Counted from the first letter of the stretch, positions 52,501 through 61,233 are shown. The stretch is 64,000 nt of DNA from Eledone cirrhosa (GCA_964016885.1 OZ024740.1:357058001-357122000); one strand, 5' to 3'. A program made the numbers and translations. Notes: generated by a model not told the origin, from the sequence alone.

Positions 52501-55500
52501 CATATGCAAACCAGACAAATAGTGAATTTTGTCTGATTTCAAACAAAAGAGATATTTGATGGCCAGGAACATGCTGTTGCGTGATTCTAAGTAGATTCTG
52601 CTATTTATTTTGTTAAATACTTTTGTGCCAATCTAATAGTAATTGTTTCTTATTGATATTAATTGTAAGTTTCCAGCCCTAGTGGCCAATAAAGTAGGAT
52701 TTTAATAGTAACTTAAAAACTTGAAAATTTGTGACATTTTATAAGAATAGAATTTTGTTGTCACAAGAGGATACTGGGCAAATTGATGGATAGCTTTGTT
52801 TTGATTTGATAAAATCTTTAAAACAATAGCATTGAGCTTTGGCCTTGTAGAAGTAAAATATGTAGAGGTTAGAAATATCTGACAGTGTAAGAGATCATAG
52901 CTATGTGCCAAGTGTAGTTGAGTTAAAAGTAAAACAATGATTATCAACAATTTGGCAATGAGCAACAACAATCTAGTTTAGATGGTCTTAATAAATTTGT
53001 CATCTTTGGTACAGAAATATATCTCCATACTTTCGTAAATAATGGTGACTGTTTTTTCTGTGTGTATCCAGATTAGAATTAGTACACCATATCTCAGAAT
53101 GCTGTAATTGGCAACTAAAAGAGTTTGCTCCATCTTCAAGGGATTTAATTGATCCTATCAACTTCACTCTTATTTTTTATCGATGGTGCGTATTTCACCA
53201 ATCTCTATTTGCCATACTACTATAACATAAATGAATAACATTGATATTCAAGCAGTAGATGTGAACACAAATACAGATTATGTATCATCATCATTTAACG
53301 TCTATCTTCCATGCTAGCATGGGTTAGACGGGAGTTGTCCCACTTGAGGCAAGATTGGTTGGGTGACCGTGTCTCGCTCGTATAGGACTATCTGGCAGGT
53401 TTTCTACGGCTGGATGTCCTTCCTAACACCAACCATGTTTACAGTGTGGACTGGGAGCTTTTCACTGTGTTACCTACACGGCCACATTACAGCGTGGACT
53501 GTGTTTTTTTTTGTCTTGACACCTACACGACCATATATATATAATGGGTATGAATCGAAGTTGTAGCTGCCATATGTGTGCGTGTATATATATATATATA
53601 TGTTTATACAAATAAATGAGGTTGTGTAGGTGTCATGACAAAAAAAACACACAGTCCACGCTGTAATGTGGCCATGTAGGTAAGATGGTAAAAACCTCCC
53701 AGTCCACACTGTAAACGTGGTTGGTGTTAGGAAGGGCATCCAGCCGTAGAAAACCCGCCAGACAGTCCTATACGAGCAAGACATCACGTGGGACAATTCC
53801 CGTCTAAACCCATGCTAGCGTGGAAGATAGACGTTAAATGATGATGATGTATATATAATGGTTTTCATCTTCCAAATTTCACTCACAAGGCATAGGTCAA
53901 CCCAAGGTTATAGTAGGGAACACTTACTCAAGGTGGGACTGAAACTGAAACCATGCTTCCATACTTGTTCCTATGTTATAAGATATGCCGTAGATATATT
54001 TTTGTAATTGAAAATTTTAAAAACTATTTGTAACATTTAGAACTGTCATTGATCTAATGAATTTTCTTTTTTTTTTCCACCTTTGCCCAGACATGTCACA
54101 AGAGGGGATGAAGAAATTGCATTCAAAATGATAAAAACCAACATTTCATTAGTTGTTGCACAGCTTGATGACATTCGCAAACATCCAAAGTGAGTTTGGT
54201 ATTGTTTTTCTACTTTTATGTATTCATTTATTTGTTATTTATACTGTTAACCACCTCATGTAGGATAGTAAATGTAAACATTTAATATGCTATCTTTAAT
54301 CCTTTTGATACCAACATACACAAAACCAGCTCTGGTTCTATGAAACAAAACCAACAATTTTAAAGGCTTTTCATTTAAATTAAAATCTTCTAGCATAATT
54401 GTATATAAGAATTATATAATAAATTACTATCTTAATAATGAAATAATTAATAATTGAAATAGAATGTATTTCATGAGAAATATGACCACAAAAGGATTAA
54501 GGTATAACACAGAAACTGTAGCAAGTAATATCTGAATATTAAGTCATCCAACATCTAAAACCATTGTTGTTCCTCAGTGTTAGTCACGATTCTTAAAATA
54601 AATTGTGATGATAAGTTATCTTTATCTCTCTACTCTTGATATTTTGTGTCCATACTCAGCTCTTTGACTTTCAAGAGGCTTTCTAAGACATGACAAGAAA
54701 GTTAGAGATTCCAATCCAATATTTGTTTTTTGCATTATCTTACAGAAAGTTCATCTGTCTAAATGATAATATTGACCATGCAAAAGCTGAAGCTAAAATG
54801 GTAAGTACATTAAAGTTTTGTATTTTATGAGCTGCAGTAGTACTATTTTTCACTATTGATAATGCTATGAAGTTCTCTCATCTATTACATTCTAATTGCC
54901 TTATTCAGTCACTGCAGCCATGAATTTCATACTTAACTTAACCGTTTTGATAACAAACTACCTGAAACTGCCCCAGCTTCTACAAAACAAAATCATAATT
55001 TTATTTAAGATCCTTTGTTTCCAACACTGGCATAATAGAGAAAGTTAGTTATAAACTCTTGATTATTTTCAAAATCACAAACAATGTCTTTGAAAATTTG
55101 AAAATCACAAGCAATGTCTTTCATAAGAAAAGGATTCATTTCTTTAGAATTCACACTCTCATCCAGATTCTAGTATCAGAATTCTGTAGATAAACTAGAA
55201 TCTCCATTAACCCTATACATTCCTGTACAGCTGATATCCTTGTATACCTTATGTTTTTCCATATATTTACAATTGTTAGGTTGATTTTGGCAATGAGTAA
55301 CTTTGTTTTATAAAGTGATGGCTCTTTCATTTTGGAAAGTGAGGAAGAAGCTATATTTCTTGAATTACACTCAACTAAATTTTGGATGGATTTTTCACAG
55401 AAGTAGTTATATGATGTTATTCTTATAGTCTATGCATCAAATACTTGCATTTTGGTTAGCCCAATACCGCCCCTGACCAAAGGAATGCTAGGATCAAAGG

Positions 55501-58500
55501 TGTTCCTACTGGAACCATCATGTCTTTTATTTAACACACTGGTAGTTGCCAGAAAGACAAAGTGTGACCTACACATTCATCTTCCCAATTATACCAGTTA
55601 AAGGTTGCTATAGTTTTTGTCTTATATAGTTTTCCAAAACTGTGATTAACAAAATAAATTTACTAATTTACTTTTAGGTCAAAGCTATTTTAAATGATTT
55701 CTTTGAATCAATGTTTCCAATGCAATCACATTTTGAGCTCCCAAGAGAATACCGGAATCGTTTTCTTCATTTACATGAACTTCTTGAATGGTAAGCATTC
55801 AAATTTTCTTAAACACATGTAAATTAGAATAAATATGTAATATATATATATATATATAAAGTTTAATATAGAAATGGCTTCTACAGGACTAGAACTGTTT
55901 CATTCAAAAGAAATCATCAGGGTTCAGGGTTTTCTTGATGGTTTCTTTTGAAGTCCTGTAGAAGCCATTTCTATATTACACTTGATGTTTACACTCTACC
56001 TTACTAACTGTGGTTAACCCCGATTGAACCCGGAACTCATATCATCATCATCATCATCGTTTAACGTCCGTGTTCCACGCTTGCATGGGTTTGGACGGGG
56101 GTAGTCCCACTTGAGGCAAGAGTGATTGTCTTGCTCGCATAGGACTGTCTGGCAGGTTTTCTACAGCTGGATGCCCTTCCTAACACCAACCACATTTACA
56201 GTGTGGGTCTGGGAGGTTTTTACCGTGTTGCCTACACGGCCACATTACAGCGTGGACTGTGTGTTTTTTTGTCGTGACACCTACACGATCTCATTTGTTT
56301 CGGCCTGGATGGCGCGGCACCAACATAACTTTACATAGAACGGGGTGGTGTGGATGGGGTGGTGGCGGGACGGGGTGTATTTTGTTAGAGATGCCTACTG
56401 GCAAGGCTGGTCTTCTCTGTTACTGAGTACCGCCAAAGGTCTCGGTCCAGTGACATTGTCTTGGAGAGGTGTAAGTGTGTGAGGTCGGAGTTTATCAGCT
56501 CGTCCCAGGTTTTTCTAGGTCTGCCTATTCCGTGGCTACCGTCTATCTTTATTGCCCTGCACTTTGTTATACAGCTATCGACTTTCATGCGCATCACGTG
56601 TCCATACCAACGTAGCCTTCTCTCGAGTAAACAACATCTGATCCCTCTTATCTCTAATTTTTTTCTTAGTTCGTTTATGCTTTGCCGTTCACGTATATTA
56701 CTGTTACACATCCAGCGGAGCATGCAAGCTTTGTTCCTCTCTAGTCTGCGTATATCCTCTGCACACAATGCCCAGGTCTCACTGCCATGCAACATTGCTG
56801 TTCGTATGCAGGCATCGTACAACCTGCCTTTCATTTTTAGGGAGAACCCTTTAGCAGCTAATAGTGGTATAAGCTCTCTGAACTTTTTCCAACCAGTTCT
56901 GACTCTAGCTACAGTACTTTCAGAGCACCCTCCCCCACTGCTGATTTTATCGCCCAGGTAACGGAAGCTGTCCACTATTTCTATAGAACCCTCTGCGCAA
57001 TTGAAAGAGCTAGTATTTTGTGGGCACTTGCTGCTACTTATTGCACCAGAACACCGGCCACATGTAAAATCTATGTTCTTAGTTAGCTTACCTGTGATCC
57101 CACTACATCTTTTATGCACCCATACTTTGCATTTAGGACATAAAATGGAGTTTCTACCTACGCCTTTCCTACACACCGAGCACGACCATTTCCCAGAAGG
57201 GACCGCCGCCTTGTTTTCTTTCCTACAAACTAGAACTTTGGTCTTAGCCAGGTTAATTTTAAGTCCTTTTGACTCTAGGCCGTGCTTCCATGTTTGGAAT
57301 TTCTTCTCTAGCTCGGCCATTGATTCCGCTATGAGTGTCAGGTCGTCTGCGTATAGGAGTTCCCATGGGCAGCCTGTCTTGAACTCCTCTGTTATAGCCT
57401 GAAGGGCAATAATAAATAGTAGGGGGCTGAGAACAGAGCCCTGATGGACGCCAACTTTTACGCTAAACTCTTCACTATATTCGTTGTTAATTCTAACCTT
57501 GCTGACTGTTTCTTTATACATCATTGTTTAATGTCTATTTTCCACACTAGCATGTCTGGTTGGTTTTCCTTCCTAACGCCAACCACATTTACAGTGTGTG
57601 CTGGGTGCTTTTTGTCATGACACCTACACGACCACTTTACAGTATGGGCTGGGTGTTTTGTGGTACCAACATTATATATATATATATAATGATGATATAT
57701 GTAGAACAACTTATAAATATCACTAACAGGTTAATAAAATATTGTTCCCTTGGAATATATAAAATCTCAAACAACTTAAATATAAGGAGCCTGATCAAAA
57801 TCCCTGAACATAAGAACAGTCTGAATTGAAAAATATACAGTCTCAAGCATCATAGAAGCAGCCCTGACCTTTTCCTAGAAACCTCCTTTACTAATTAAAT
57901 CACCTCGGTAATATTAATACTAATTTAACTATAGTGTGTAGGTTATGTTGGAATTGGGGTTTTGAAATGAATATTCTGGATCTTTCAGGCAGAAATATCG
58001 AAACTGGCTGCGATTTTGGACTTATTTAACTTTGAGCATTTTGGTGATGCTAGCAATTTTATCTTTCTGTTCTGACCGAGTAAGTATATATTTCTGTCTG
58101 CTTTTCTCTCAAGAGGTTAACTTTATCAAAGTAAATTTCCAGTTGTATGATTGCAATAGTCCTAATAAATTGGAGTGTAAAATTGTTCACACCATTCACT
58201 GTAAGAAAGACACCAAATGTCCTTAAGCTTTTAAATATGTAAACATATTTCACCATTACTATATTGGAATGTCACATTAACTTTTAACATACTGTAATGA
58301 TTTAGTTGAAAATATTTTTAAATAGATTTGTTAATTCAAATATAGTATCTTTATTTACTTGTGTACAGATTATGTGGAAATGTGTATAATTAAAATAAAG
58401 ACTTTTGTACTTTTCAAGAATGTTTTGCACGTGTGGAACAAAATGTTAAGAGTTAAAACCCAAATTTAATGAAAAAATTTTTCTCAGATGAATAATGAAG

Positions 58501-59417
58501 ATTCCAACTTTAACAAAGCTTTCACCAGATTCCATATAGCTGGTGGTGTTACATGGGCCCAGTCATGGATGTGTGGTTAAGAAACTTACTTTGTAATCAC
58601 ATATCTCCAGGTTCCATCCCACTTTGTGGAAACTTAATCAAATGTCTTCTATTTTAGCATAGAGCCAACAAAAGCCTTGGTAGATGAAAAATTGTACTGT
58701 TCTTCTTATGTAGTAGAGCTAATCTGTTATTGAAGTCCAAGCTATTTCAGGAATTCAAGCCAAATTTCTTGTTTAATGATAACTTCATTTTTTCCTTCCA
58801 TCAGTCTCAAAGGCCTTGAAATGTCATGGGAACAGCCTTATTAAATTATTTAAAACAAAATTATTATTTTTGAATGTTCTTTCTTTTAGTTGTAAACAGT
58901 TATCTAAGTATTTTATATAAATCTTGAGCTTATATTAATTTGATTTTAAACAAAAAATTGTAACTGAAAAATTCCTCTTTTCTGCATATCAAGTTTATAG
59001 AATATAATTTGGTCAGTGCTTAGTGCCATGAATAAGGATAAATTTTTCTGGATAGATTGTCAGATCTGTTACACAGCTAAGCATGAGAAATGCATTAACA
59101 TGATGCACAAGGAAGACCTTGCTGTTAATTAATACTGTAAACATCTGAATTTGTATTCCAATACCATCTATTTCCATGATGTTGATGAATTTTTGCTATC
59201 TTATATCTTAAACTTGACTAGGTCAACTAAAATTAGATGAAATATAAATATATTTTTCAATTATATTTTATTTCCTGTTCATTTTAAGATTGAATCATTA
59301 CATAGAAGATTTTCACATCGACGTCCACCTCGAAATAGCAGCAGACAATCATCAACCAAGAGAAAAAGCAATAAAAACCCTACAACAGGACCGGAGCCAC
59401 AGAAATATACAGTTTAA
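415..59417 (+). CDS. GNPTAB: N-acetylglucosamine-1-phosphotransferase alpha/beta precursor; whole gene span, 29 coding exons, 1191 aa
   Basis: Exons join in one open frame with consistent phases. Protein shows N-terminal QRQTY plus TM, Stealth CR1 ([13 protein letters not shown]), CR2 (ELRYSLRS...YLNDD), two LNR repeats, DMAP-like segment, RRLL|DTFADS, CR3 (PAHMPH), EF-hand, CR4 (FICLND) and a C-terminal TM. Confidence 0.97.
1503..1706 (-). mobile_element. Fragment of an RLE-type (CRE-like) non-LTR retrotransposon endonuclease region
   Basis: Minus strand with one frameshift: [11 protein letters not shown]...[10 protein letters not shown] / [22 protein letters not shown], matching the WDVT...AAE.K...F.P.AFET.G pattern. 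Confidence 0.6.
1715..2395. repeat. TA/CA-rich low-complexity block with a ~150-bp foldback centred near 2030
   Basis: cttgccctagcacagctgatacat (1981) mirrored by atgtatcagctgtgctagggcaag (~2060), third copy at ~2310; (CA)n and (TA)n runs. Confidence 0.85.
2603..4720 (-). mobile_element. 5'-truncated CR1/L2-group LINE with frameshifted RT
   Basis: ORFs 3503-4591 ([27 protein letters not shown]) and 2887-3549 (RPHLEF, TRGH, FFTLRV..WN.LP); (TAT)n tail; 3' end tandemly duplicated. Confidence 0.92.
5460..5632 (+). repeat. ~40-bp tandem units derived from the RTE/SINE 3' tail
   Basis: Four imperfect copies of cacactgtaaagtggt...taggtg.cac. Confidence 0.7.
5640..7620 (-). mobile_element. Degenerate Penelope-like element (RT C-terminus and GIY-YIG region), interrupted by a Helitron
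   Basis: Minus translations [56 protein letters not shown] resemble PLE ORF motifs. Confidence 0.65.
6581..7591 (-). mobile_element. Non-autonomous Helitron
   Basis: Minus strand 5' TC..., 3' hairpin cccaggcaacgctggg then CTAG; inserted between A and T without TSD; internal direct repeats (gtgggagctagag x3). Confidence 0.85.
8081..8301. mobile_element. TTAA-flanked MITE family A (piggyBac-like); other copies ~50979-51192 and 61292-61673
   Basis: TTAA|CCCTTT.GCATTTA ... TAAAT.CTAAAGGG|TTAA termini. Confidence 0.75.
9272..9456 (-). mobile_element. tRNA-headed SINE with a Meta-like central domain; further copies ~5071-5150(+), 15725-15860(-), 20228-20300(+), 22008-22215(+), 29236-29343(-), 43346-43529(-)
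   Basis: A-box-like TGGCAGTATCGG, B-box GAGTTCAAATCC, core GCCTTTCATCCTT..GGGGTCGATAAAATAAAGTACCAG. Superfamily assignment is from memory. Confidence 0.75.
9887..11058 (-). mobile_element. 5'-truncated RTE-clade LINE
   Basis: ORF 10281-11006 ([27 protein letters not shown]), 3' UTR and (GAT)n tail. Confidence 0.92.
12630..12715 (+). CDS. GNPTAB: GNPTAB exon 2
   Basis: ttttcag acceptor, [28 protein letters not shown], gtgagt donor. Confidence 0.93.
13990..14109 (+). CDS. GNPTAB: GNPTAB exon 3 (Stealth CR1)
   Basis: [21 protein letters not shown]...; AG/GT flanked. Confidence 0.96.
14383..15093 (+). mobile_element. RTE LINE 3' fragment
   Basis: Same C-terminus and 3' UTR as 9887-11058; ends gatgatgat. 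Confidence 0.9.
15171..15650 (-). mobile_element. Mariner transposase remnant with one TIR-like end
   Basis: YQDTAPAR and [15 protein letters not shown] resemble HQDNAP and YSPDLAPSD motifs. Confidence 0.8.
15990..16231 (+). CDS. GNPTAB: GNPTAB exon 4
   Basis: ...[19 protein letters not shown]...VTVVSFDN. The acceptor (tataag) is weak but in phase. Confidence 0.82.
16477..16682 (-). mobile_element. Old RTE fragment
   Basis: WMCNVSVHE...ELRKKL. Confidence 0.65.
17007..17074 (+). CDS. GNPTAB: GNPTAB exon 5
   Basis: ttctag acceptor, [22 protein letters not shown], gtgagt donor; phase fits neighbours. Confidence 0.78.
18102..18233 (+). CDS. GNPTAB: GNPTAB exon 6
   Basis: [22 protein letters not shown]...DVFSK; AG/GT flanked. 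Confidence 0.88.
18459..18533 (+). CDS. GNPTAB: GNPTAB exon 7
   Basis: tttacag acceptor, [25 protein letters not shown], gtatga donor. Confidence 0.85.
19093..20030 (-). mobile_element. RTE LINE, second subfamily, 5'-truncated
   Basis: ORFs 19649-20062 (KTK, CLICRKG..C..C..WVHKRC, FQYLG) and 19251-19460; short 3' tail. A related piece lies at 37221-37465. Confidence 0.9.
20426..21292 (-). repeat. Hammerhead-containing ~430-bp repeat, locus 1 (about 1.4 tandem units plus an inverted arm) in (TA)n
   Basis: Unit start aagtatgtatacgtacatac at 20426 and 20855; inverted arm 21014-21292. Confidence 0.85.
20627..20684 (-). ncRNA. Type I hammerhead ribozyme motif (stem I partly mismatched)
   Basis: Minus strand: acattg CTGACGA tagct aata agctt GAAAC ta GTA catcat. 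Confidence 0.7.
21621..21689 (+). CDS. GNPTAB: GNPTAB exon 8
   Basis: [23 protein letters not shown], gtaagt donor. Confidence 0.88.
24128..24175 (+). CDS. GNPTAB: GNPTAB exon 9
   Basis: [16 protein letters not shown], gtacat donor. Confidence 0.9.
24895..25211 (+). mobile_element. RTE-tail-only element; similar tails at ~25698-25910(-), 26500-26733(+), 57520-57670(-), 61316-61476(-)
   Basis: Nearly identical to the 3' UTR of the RTE at 48717-48991; (GAT)n end. Confidence 0.8.
27040..27171 (+). CDS. GNPTAB: GNPTAB exon 10 (Stealth CR2)
   Basis: [44 protein letters not shown]. Confidence 0.97.
28226..28396 (+). CDS. GNPTAB: GNPTAB exon 11 (Stealth CR2)
   Basis: [18 protein letters not shown]...[19 protein letters not shown]. 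Confidence 0.97.
28991..29114 (+). CDS. GNPTAB: GNPTAB exon 12 (LNR/Notch repeat 1)
   Basis: [40 protein letters not shown]. Confidence 0.96.
30512..31620 (-). mobile_element. 5'-truncated RTE LINE
   Basis: ORFs 30844-31335 and 31492-31713, 3' UTR. Confidence 0.9.
31754..31834 (+). CDS. GNPTAB: GNPTAB exon 13 (inter-LNR linker)
   Basis: [26 protein letters not shown]; symmetric phase 1-1 exon with good splice sites. Confidence 0.75.
32808..32863 (+). CDS. GNPTAB: GNPTAB exon 14 (LNR 2, first half)
   Basis: [18 protein letters not shown]. Confidence 0.94.
33604..33718 (+). CDS. GNPTAB: GNPTAB exon 15 (LNR 2, second half)
   Basis: [15 protein letters not shown]...[13 protein letters not shown]. 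Confidence 0.94.
35556..35767 (+). CDS. GNPTAB: GNPTAB exon 16 (followed by a GC donor)
   Basis: [10 protein letters not shown]...[20 protein letters not shown]...ATNK, gcaagt donor. Confidence 0.85.
36451..36602 (+). CDS. GNPTAB: GNPTAB exon 17
   Basis: ccacag acceptor, [11 protein letters not shown]...NQIPESL, gtaagt donor. Confidence 0.85.
37553..37674 (+). CDS. GNPTAB: GNPTAB exon 18 (DMAP1-binding-like start)
   Basis: ...[21 protein letters not shown], gtgaga donor. Confidence 0.88.
38244..38557 (+). CDS. GNPTAB: GNPTAB exon 19
   Basis: GELTEKGY...SRNLMS...GVFPWEKS...LQA, gtaagt donor. Confidence 0.9.
38870..39575 (-). mobile_element. Degenerate mariner transposase remnant
   Basis: Minus strand ITGGEM*VYGYDSE resembles the mariner TGDETW.Y.YD.E motif. 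Confidence 0.6.
40843..41039 (+). CDS. GNPTAB: GNPTAB exon 20 (S1P alpha/beta cleavage site, Stealth CR3)
   Basis: KQRRLL|DTFADS...[12 protein letters not shown]. Confidence 0.97.
41183..41577. repeat. 57-bp minisatellite, about 7 copies
   Basis: Unit gcaatgctcgcgaggatgcatggttattccaatgacttagcctcgctatcacctgta; 19-aa periodic ORFs on both strands. Confidence 0.95.
42141..42553 (+). mobile_element. Tripartite SINE: tRNA-like head, CORE-like centre, RTE-derived tail
   Basis: A box TGGCTTAGTGG, B box GAGTTCAATTC, ccttgagtaagacactt centre, tail matching 48795-48991, (GAT)n end. Confidence 0.75.
42994..43146 (+). CDS. GNPTAB: GNPTAB exon 21
   Basis: [29 protein letters not shown]...[10 protein letters not shown] (EF-hand start). 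Confidence 0.96.
43202..43629. mobile_element. TTAA-flanked MITE family B with a nested SINE; related copies ~8971-9196, ~35045-35338, ~42725-42973, ~54300-54497, ~54941-55135
   Basis: TTAA|CCCTTTTGATAC ... AAAGGG|TTAA termini and a shared internal sequence. Confidence 0.7.
44125..44600. repeat. Foldback element (~175-bp arms) containing a hammerhead motif
   Basis: 44125-44298 is the reverse complement of 44425-44600. Confidence 0.85.
44491..44548 (+). ncRNA. Type I hammerhead ribozyme motif
   Basis: ccat CTGAAGA gctcaggctatcattattgatagtcctcagt GAAAT atgc ATA acgg. Confidence 0.6.
44779..44845 (+). CDS. GNPTAB: GNPTAB exon 22
   Basis: [22 protein letters not shown]. Confidence 0.95.
45455..45760. 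repeat. Degenerate ~48-bp tandem array derived from the RTE/SINE tail unit
   Basis: cagcatgaccaccttacagggtggactggg... x5-6. Confidence 0.8.
45848..45991 (+). CDS. GNPTAB: GNPTAB exon 23
   Basis: [13 protein letters not shown]...EKYYEGNM, gtaagt donor. Confidence 0.9.
47600..48991 (+). mobile_element. 5'-truncated RTE LINE
   Basis: [19 protein letters not shown]4HC3 insert (partly deleted), YLG, GRPKKTW; frameshifted. Confidence 0.93.
49497..49563. repeat. (CT)n microsatellite
   Basis: Direct reading. Confidence 0.9.
49868..50690 (+). repeat. Hammerhead-containing ~430-bp repeat, locus 2 (inverted arm plus about 1.3 tandem units) in (TA)n
   Basis: taaatgtt.ggtgaatcc at 50145 and 50576; inverted arm 49868-50144; same family as 20426-21292 in opposite orientation. 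Confidence 0.85.
50428..50483 (+). ncRNA. Type I hammerhead ribozyme, intact core; predicted cleavage after A50473
   Basis: acgttg CTGACGA t agct aata agct t GAAAC ta GTA cagcgt; stem I acgttg/cagcgt, extendable by agga/tcct. Confidence 0.82.
50843..50928 (+). CDS. GNPTAB: GNPTAB exon 24
   Basis: [28 protein letters not shown]. Confidence 0.92.
51484..52235 (-). mobile_element. CR1/L2-group LINE 3' fragment, same family as 2603-4720
   Basis: ORF 51687-52043 [15 protein letters not shown]...TRGH. Confidence 0.9.
53283..53849. mobile_element. Two RTE-tail elements in inverted (head-to-head) arrangement
   Basis: 53283-53530(-) and 53615-53849(+) are reverse complements. Confidence 0.85.
54091..54189 (+). 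CDS. GNPTAB: GNPTAB exon 25
   Basis: [32 protein letters not shown]. Confidence 0.96.
54746..54800 (+). CDS. GNPTAB: GNPTAB exon 26 (Stealth CR4)
   Basis: [18 protein letters not shown]. Confidence 0.96.
55678..55790 (+). CDS. GNPTAB: GNPTAB exon 27
   Basis: [31 protein letters not shown]. Confidence 0.96.
56041..57522 (-). mobile_element. 5'-truncated RTE LINE with an uninterrupted 379-aa ORF
   Basis: ORF 56385-57524 with QGSVLSP, YADD, a complete C4HC3 insert and YLG. Confidence 0.95.
57989..58079 (+). CDS. GNPTAB: GNPTAB exon 28 (C-terminal TM)
   Basis: [30 protein letters not shown]. Confidence 0.92.
59289..59417 (+). CDS. GNPTAB: GNPTAB exon 29 (cytoplasmic tail and stop)
   Basis: [16 protein letters not shown]...[11 protein letters not shown] stop; basic tail in the correct phase. 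Confidence 0.82.
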   Translation: MESLHRRFSHRRPPRNSSRQSSTKRKSNKNPTTGPEPQKYTV

Positions 59418-60279
59418 CCAAACATATTTTTCTCATATATTTATATGTGTCACTTGTAATAGTTGACACCTCTCATTCACAATGTCTTCATATGCCAACT
59501 GAAAAATCCTCTGGTTTTACTCTATGCACACTAACTACAGTAAAACAAATGTTCAGGGTAACTTTTTTTCCCAGTGTATCGTGATGCAACAGTCTTACTA
59601 TTGCTGTAACAAATAGTGATATATTTACTGTTAACTGCAGAAATTATTTCAATCCTTTGTGATTAACATTACAACTACATGATTGAAACAGATAGCCAAC
59701 ATACTAAAGAATCTAAGCAGAGGTTTGAAGGAGAGTATCATTTTTCACCATACATACTCATATTATAAAAAAGTGTAATAAATTAATGGTAAACCATACA
59801 GGGACAAAAACATATGACATACTCAGTGTCAAAAACAACTCACATCATGAAAATAATATAGCAGTCTTTTTGTTTTTTAATTATTTCTTTGAGGTCAAGA
59901 AGATAGCAAAGCACTATAAATTTTCAGTATTTAGTTTCACTTATCTATTTAATCTAAATCTTGCCAGGAGTTGACATTACACTAAAGTTACCAGTGATAC
60001 TGAAGTCAGTTCAAAACGTAACAATCAACATTAACTTACAAAAATTGGCATTAGTTTTTTTTTTTATGTTCATTTCTTGTTTAATTTTAATACAATGAGA
60101 AATAATTATTGTAAGGTTAAAGTACAATTTTGTTATGACCTTTTGGCTAAGTTCATGAATATGCTTACCTCCACCCACCACATCTTCTCAGTATTTGCTT
60201 AATTCACAAGAGATTCTATTCTTTCTGCCTCTCAGAAATGAAGCAATTGCTTCAACAATATGCAAATGTTTAAATTTGC

Positions 60280-60291
60280 AATAAAAATAAA
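60280..60291 (+). promoter_or_regulatory. Candidate polyadenylation signals of GNPTAB
   Basis: Tandem AATAAA about 870 nt after the stop. AT-rich context makes this weak. Confidence 0.3.
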
Positions 60292-60608
60292 ACTTCCTAC
60301 TCATTCTTGGACAGAGAAACGAGTGTAAAAAAAAATCTTAAAGATTATATAAATAAACTAAAACCCTAAAAAACAAATTCTAAAGTAGCTGTAAATACAT
60401 ACATCCATTTTCTGCTTTCTCATTATTTAAAGTAATTATATATTGACTAATTGGTGAATTGACCAAAATAATTCAAACTGAATCAATGTAAAAATCTTTG
60501 AACCAAATATTCTTTTAATTACATAGGACCAATTTTTACAAATATTTAAAGATTAAATATTTTTTATCAGTATTGTTATTTTCTATAAAAAGAAATAACT
60601 GTGTTGTC

Positions 60609-60640
<32 letters not shown>

Positions 60641-60785
60641 TAATTACATCGAACAATATACACCTGCATCCCCCTGAGCATCACCAATATCTACAGATAA
60701 TAATAATATCCATCTGAATACTGTCATGAAATCACAGTATTGATAAAGTGATATAAAGCTACCTGTCTGTGTGTGTGTGCGCGTA

Positions 60786-61233
60786 TCATCATCATCATCT
60801 TTGTTTAACGTCCATCTTCCATGCTAGCATGGGTTAGACGGGAGTTGTGCCACTTGAGGCAAAGTTGGTTGGGTGATCGTGTCTCGCTCGTATAGGATTA
60901 TCTGGCAGCTTTTCTACGGCTGGATGCCCTTCCTAACACCAACCACATTTACCGTGTGGAACTGGGAACTTTTCACCGTGTTACCTACACACCCACATTA
61001 CAGCGTGGACTGTGTATTTTTTTGTCGTGACACCTACACGATCTCGATCTCATTATCTCATTTATTTGGACTGGATGTTGTGGTACCAACTTTACAGAGA
61101 TAGGTTGGTAGGAGTGGGAGGATAGGGTAGGGGTAGTGGATTGGGGTGTATATTTGGTTAAGAGGTGCCTACTGACTGTAGGTTTCGCTTTGTACATAGG
61201 CAAGGCAGGTCTTCTGTATTACTGCGTAGTGCC
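60786..61233 (-). mobile_element. RTE 3' end (UTR plus last codons)
   Basis: Matches 30512-30905. Confidence 0.85.

Noticed and set aside
56461-57402. Plus-strand ORFs of 166 and 133 aa, and similar ORFs opposite other LINEs
   Set aside because: Antisense shadows of RTE/CR1 reading frames.
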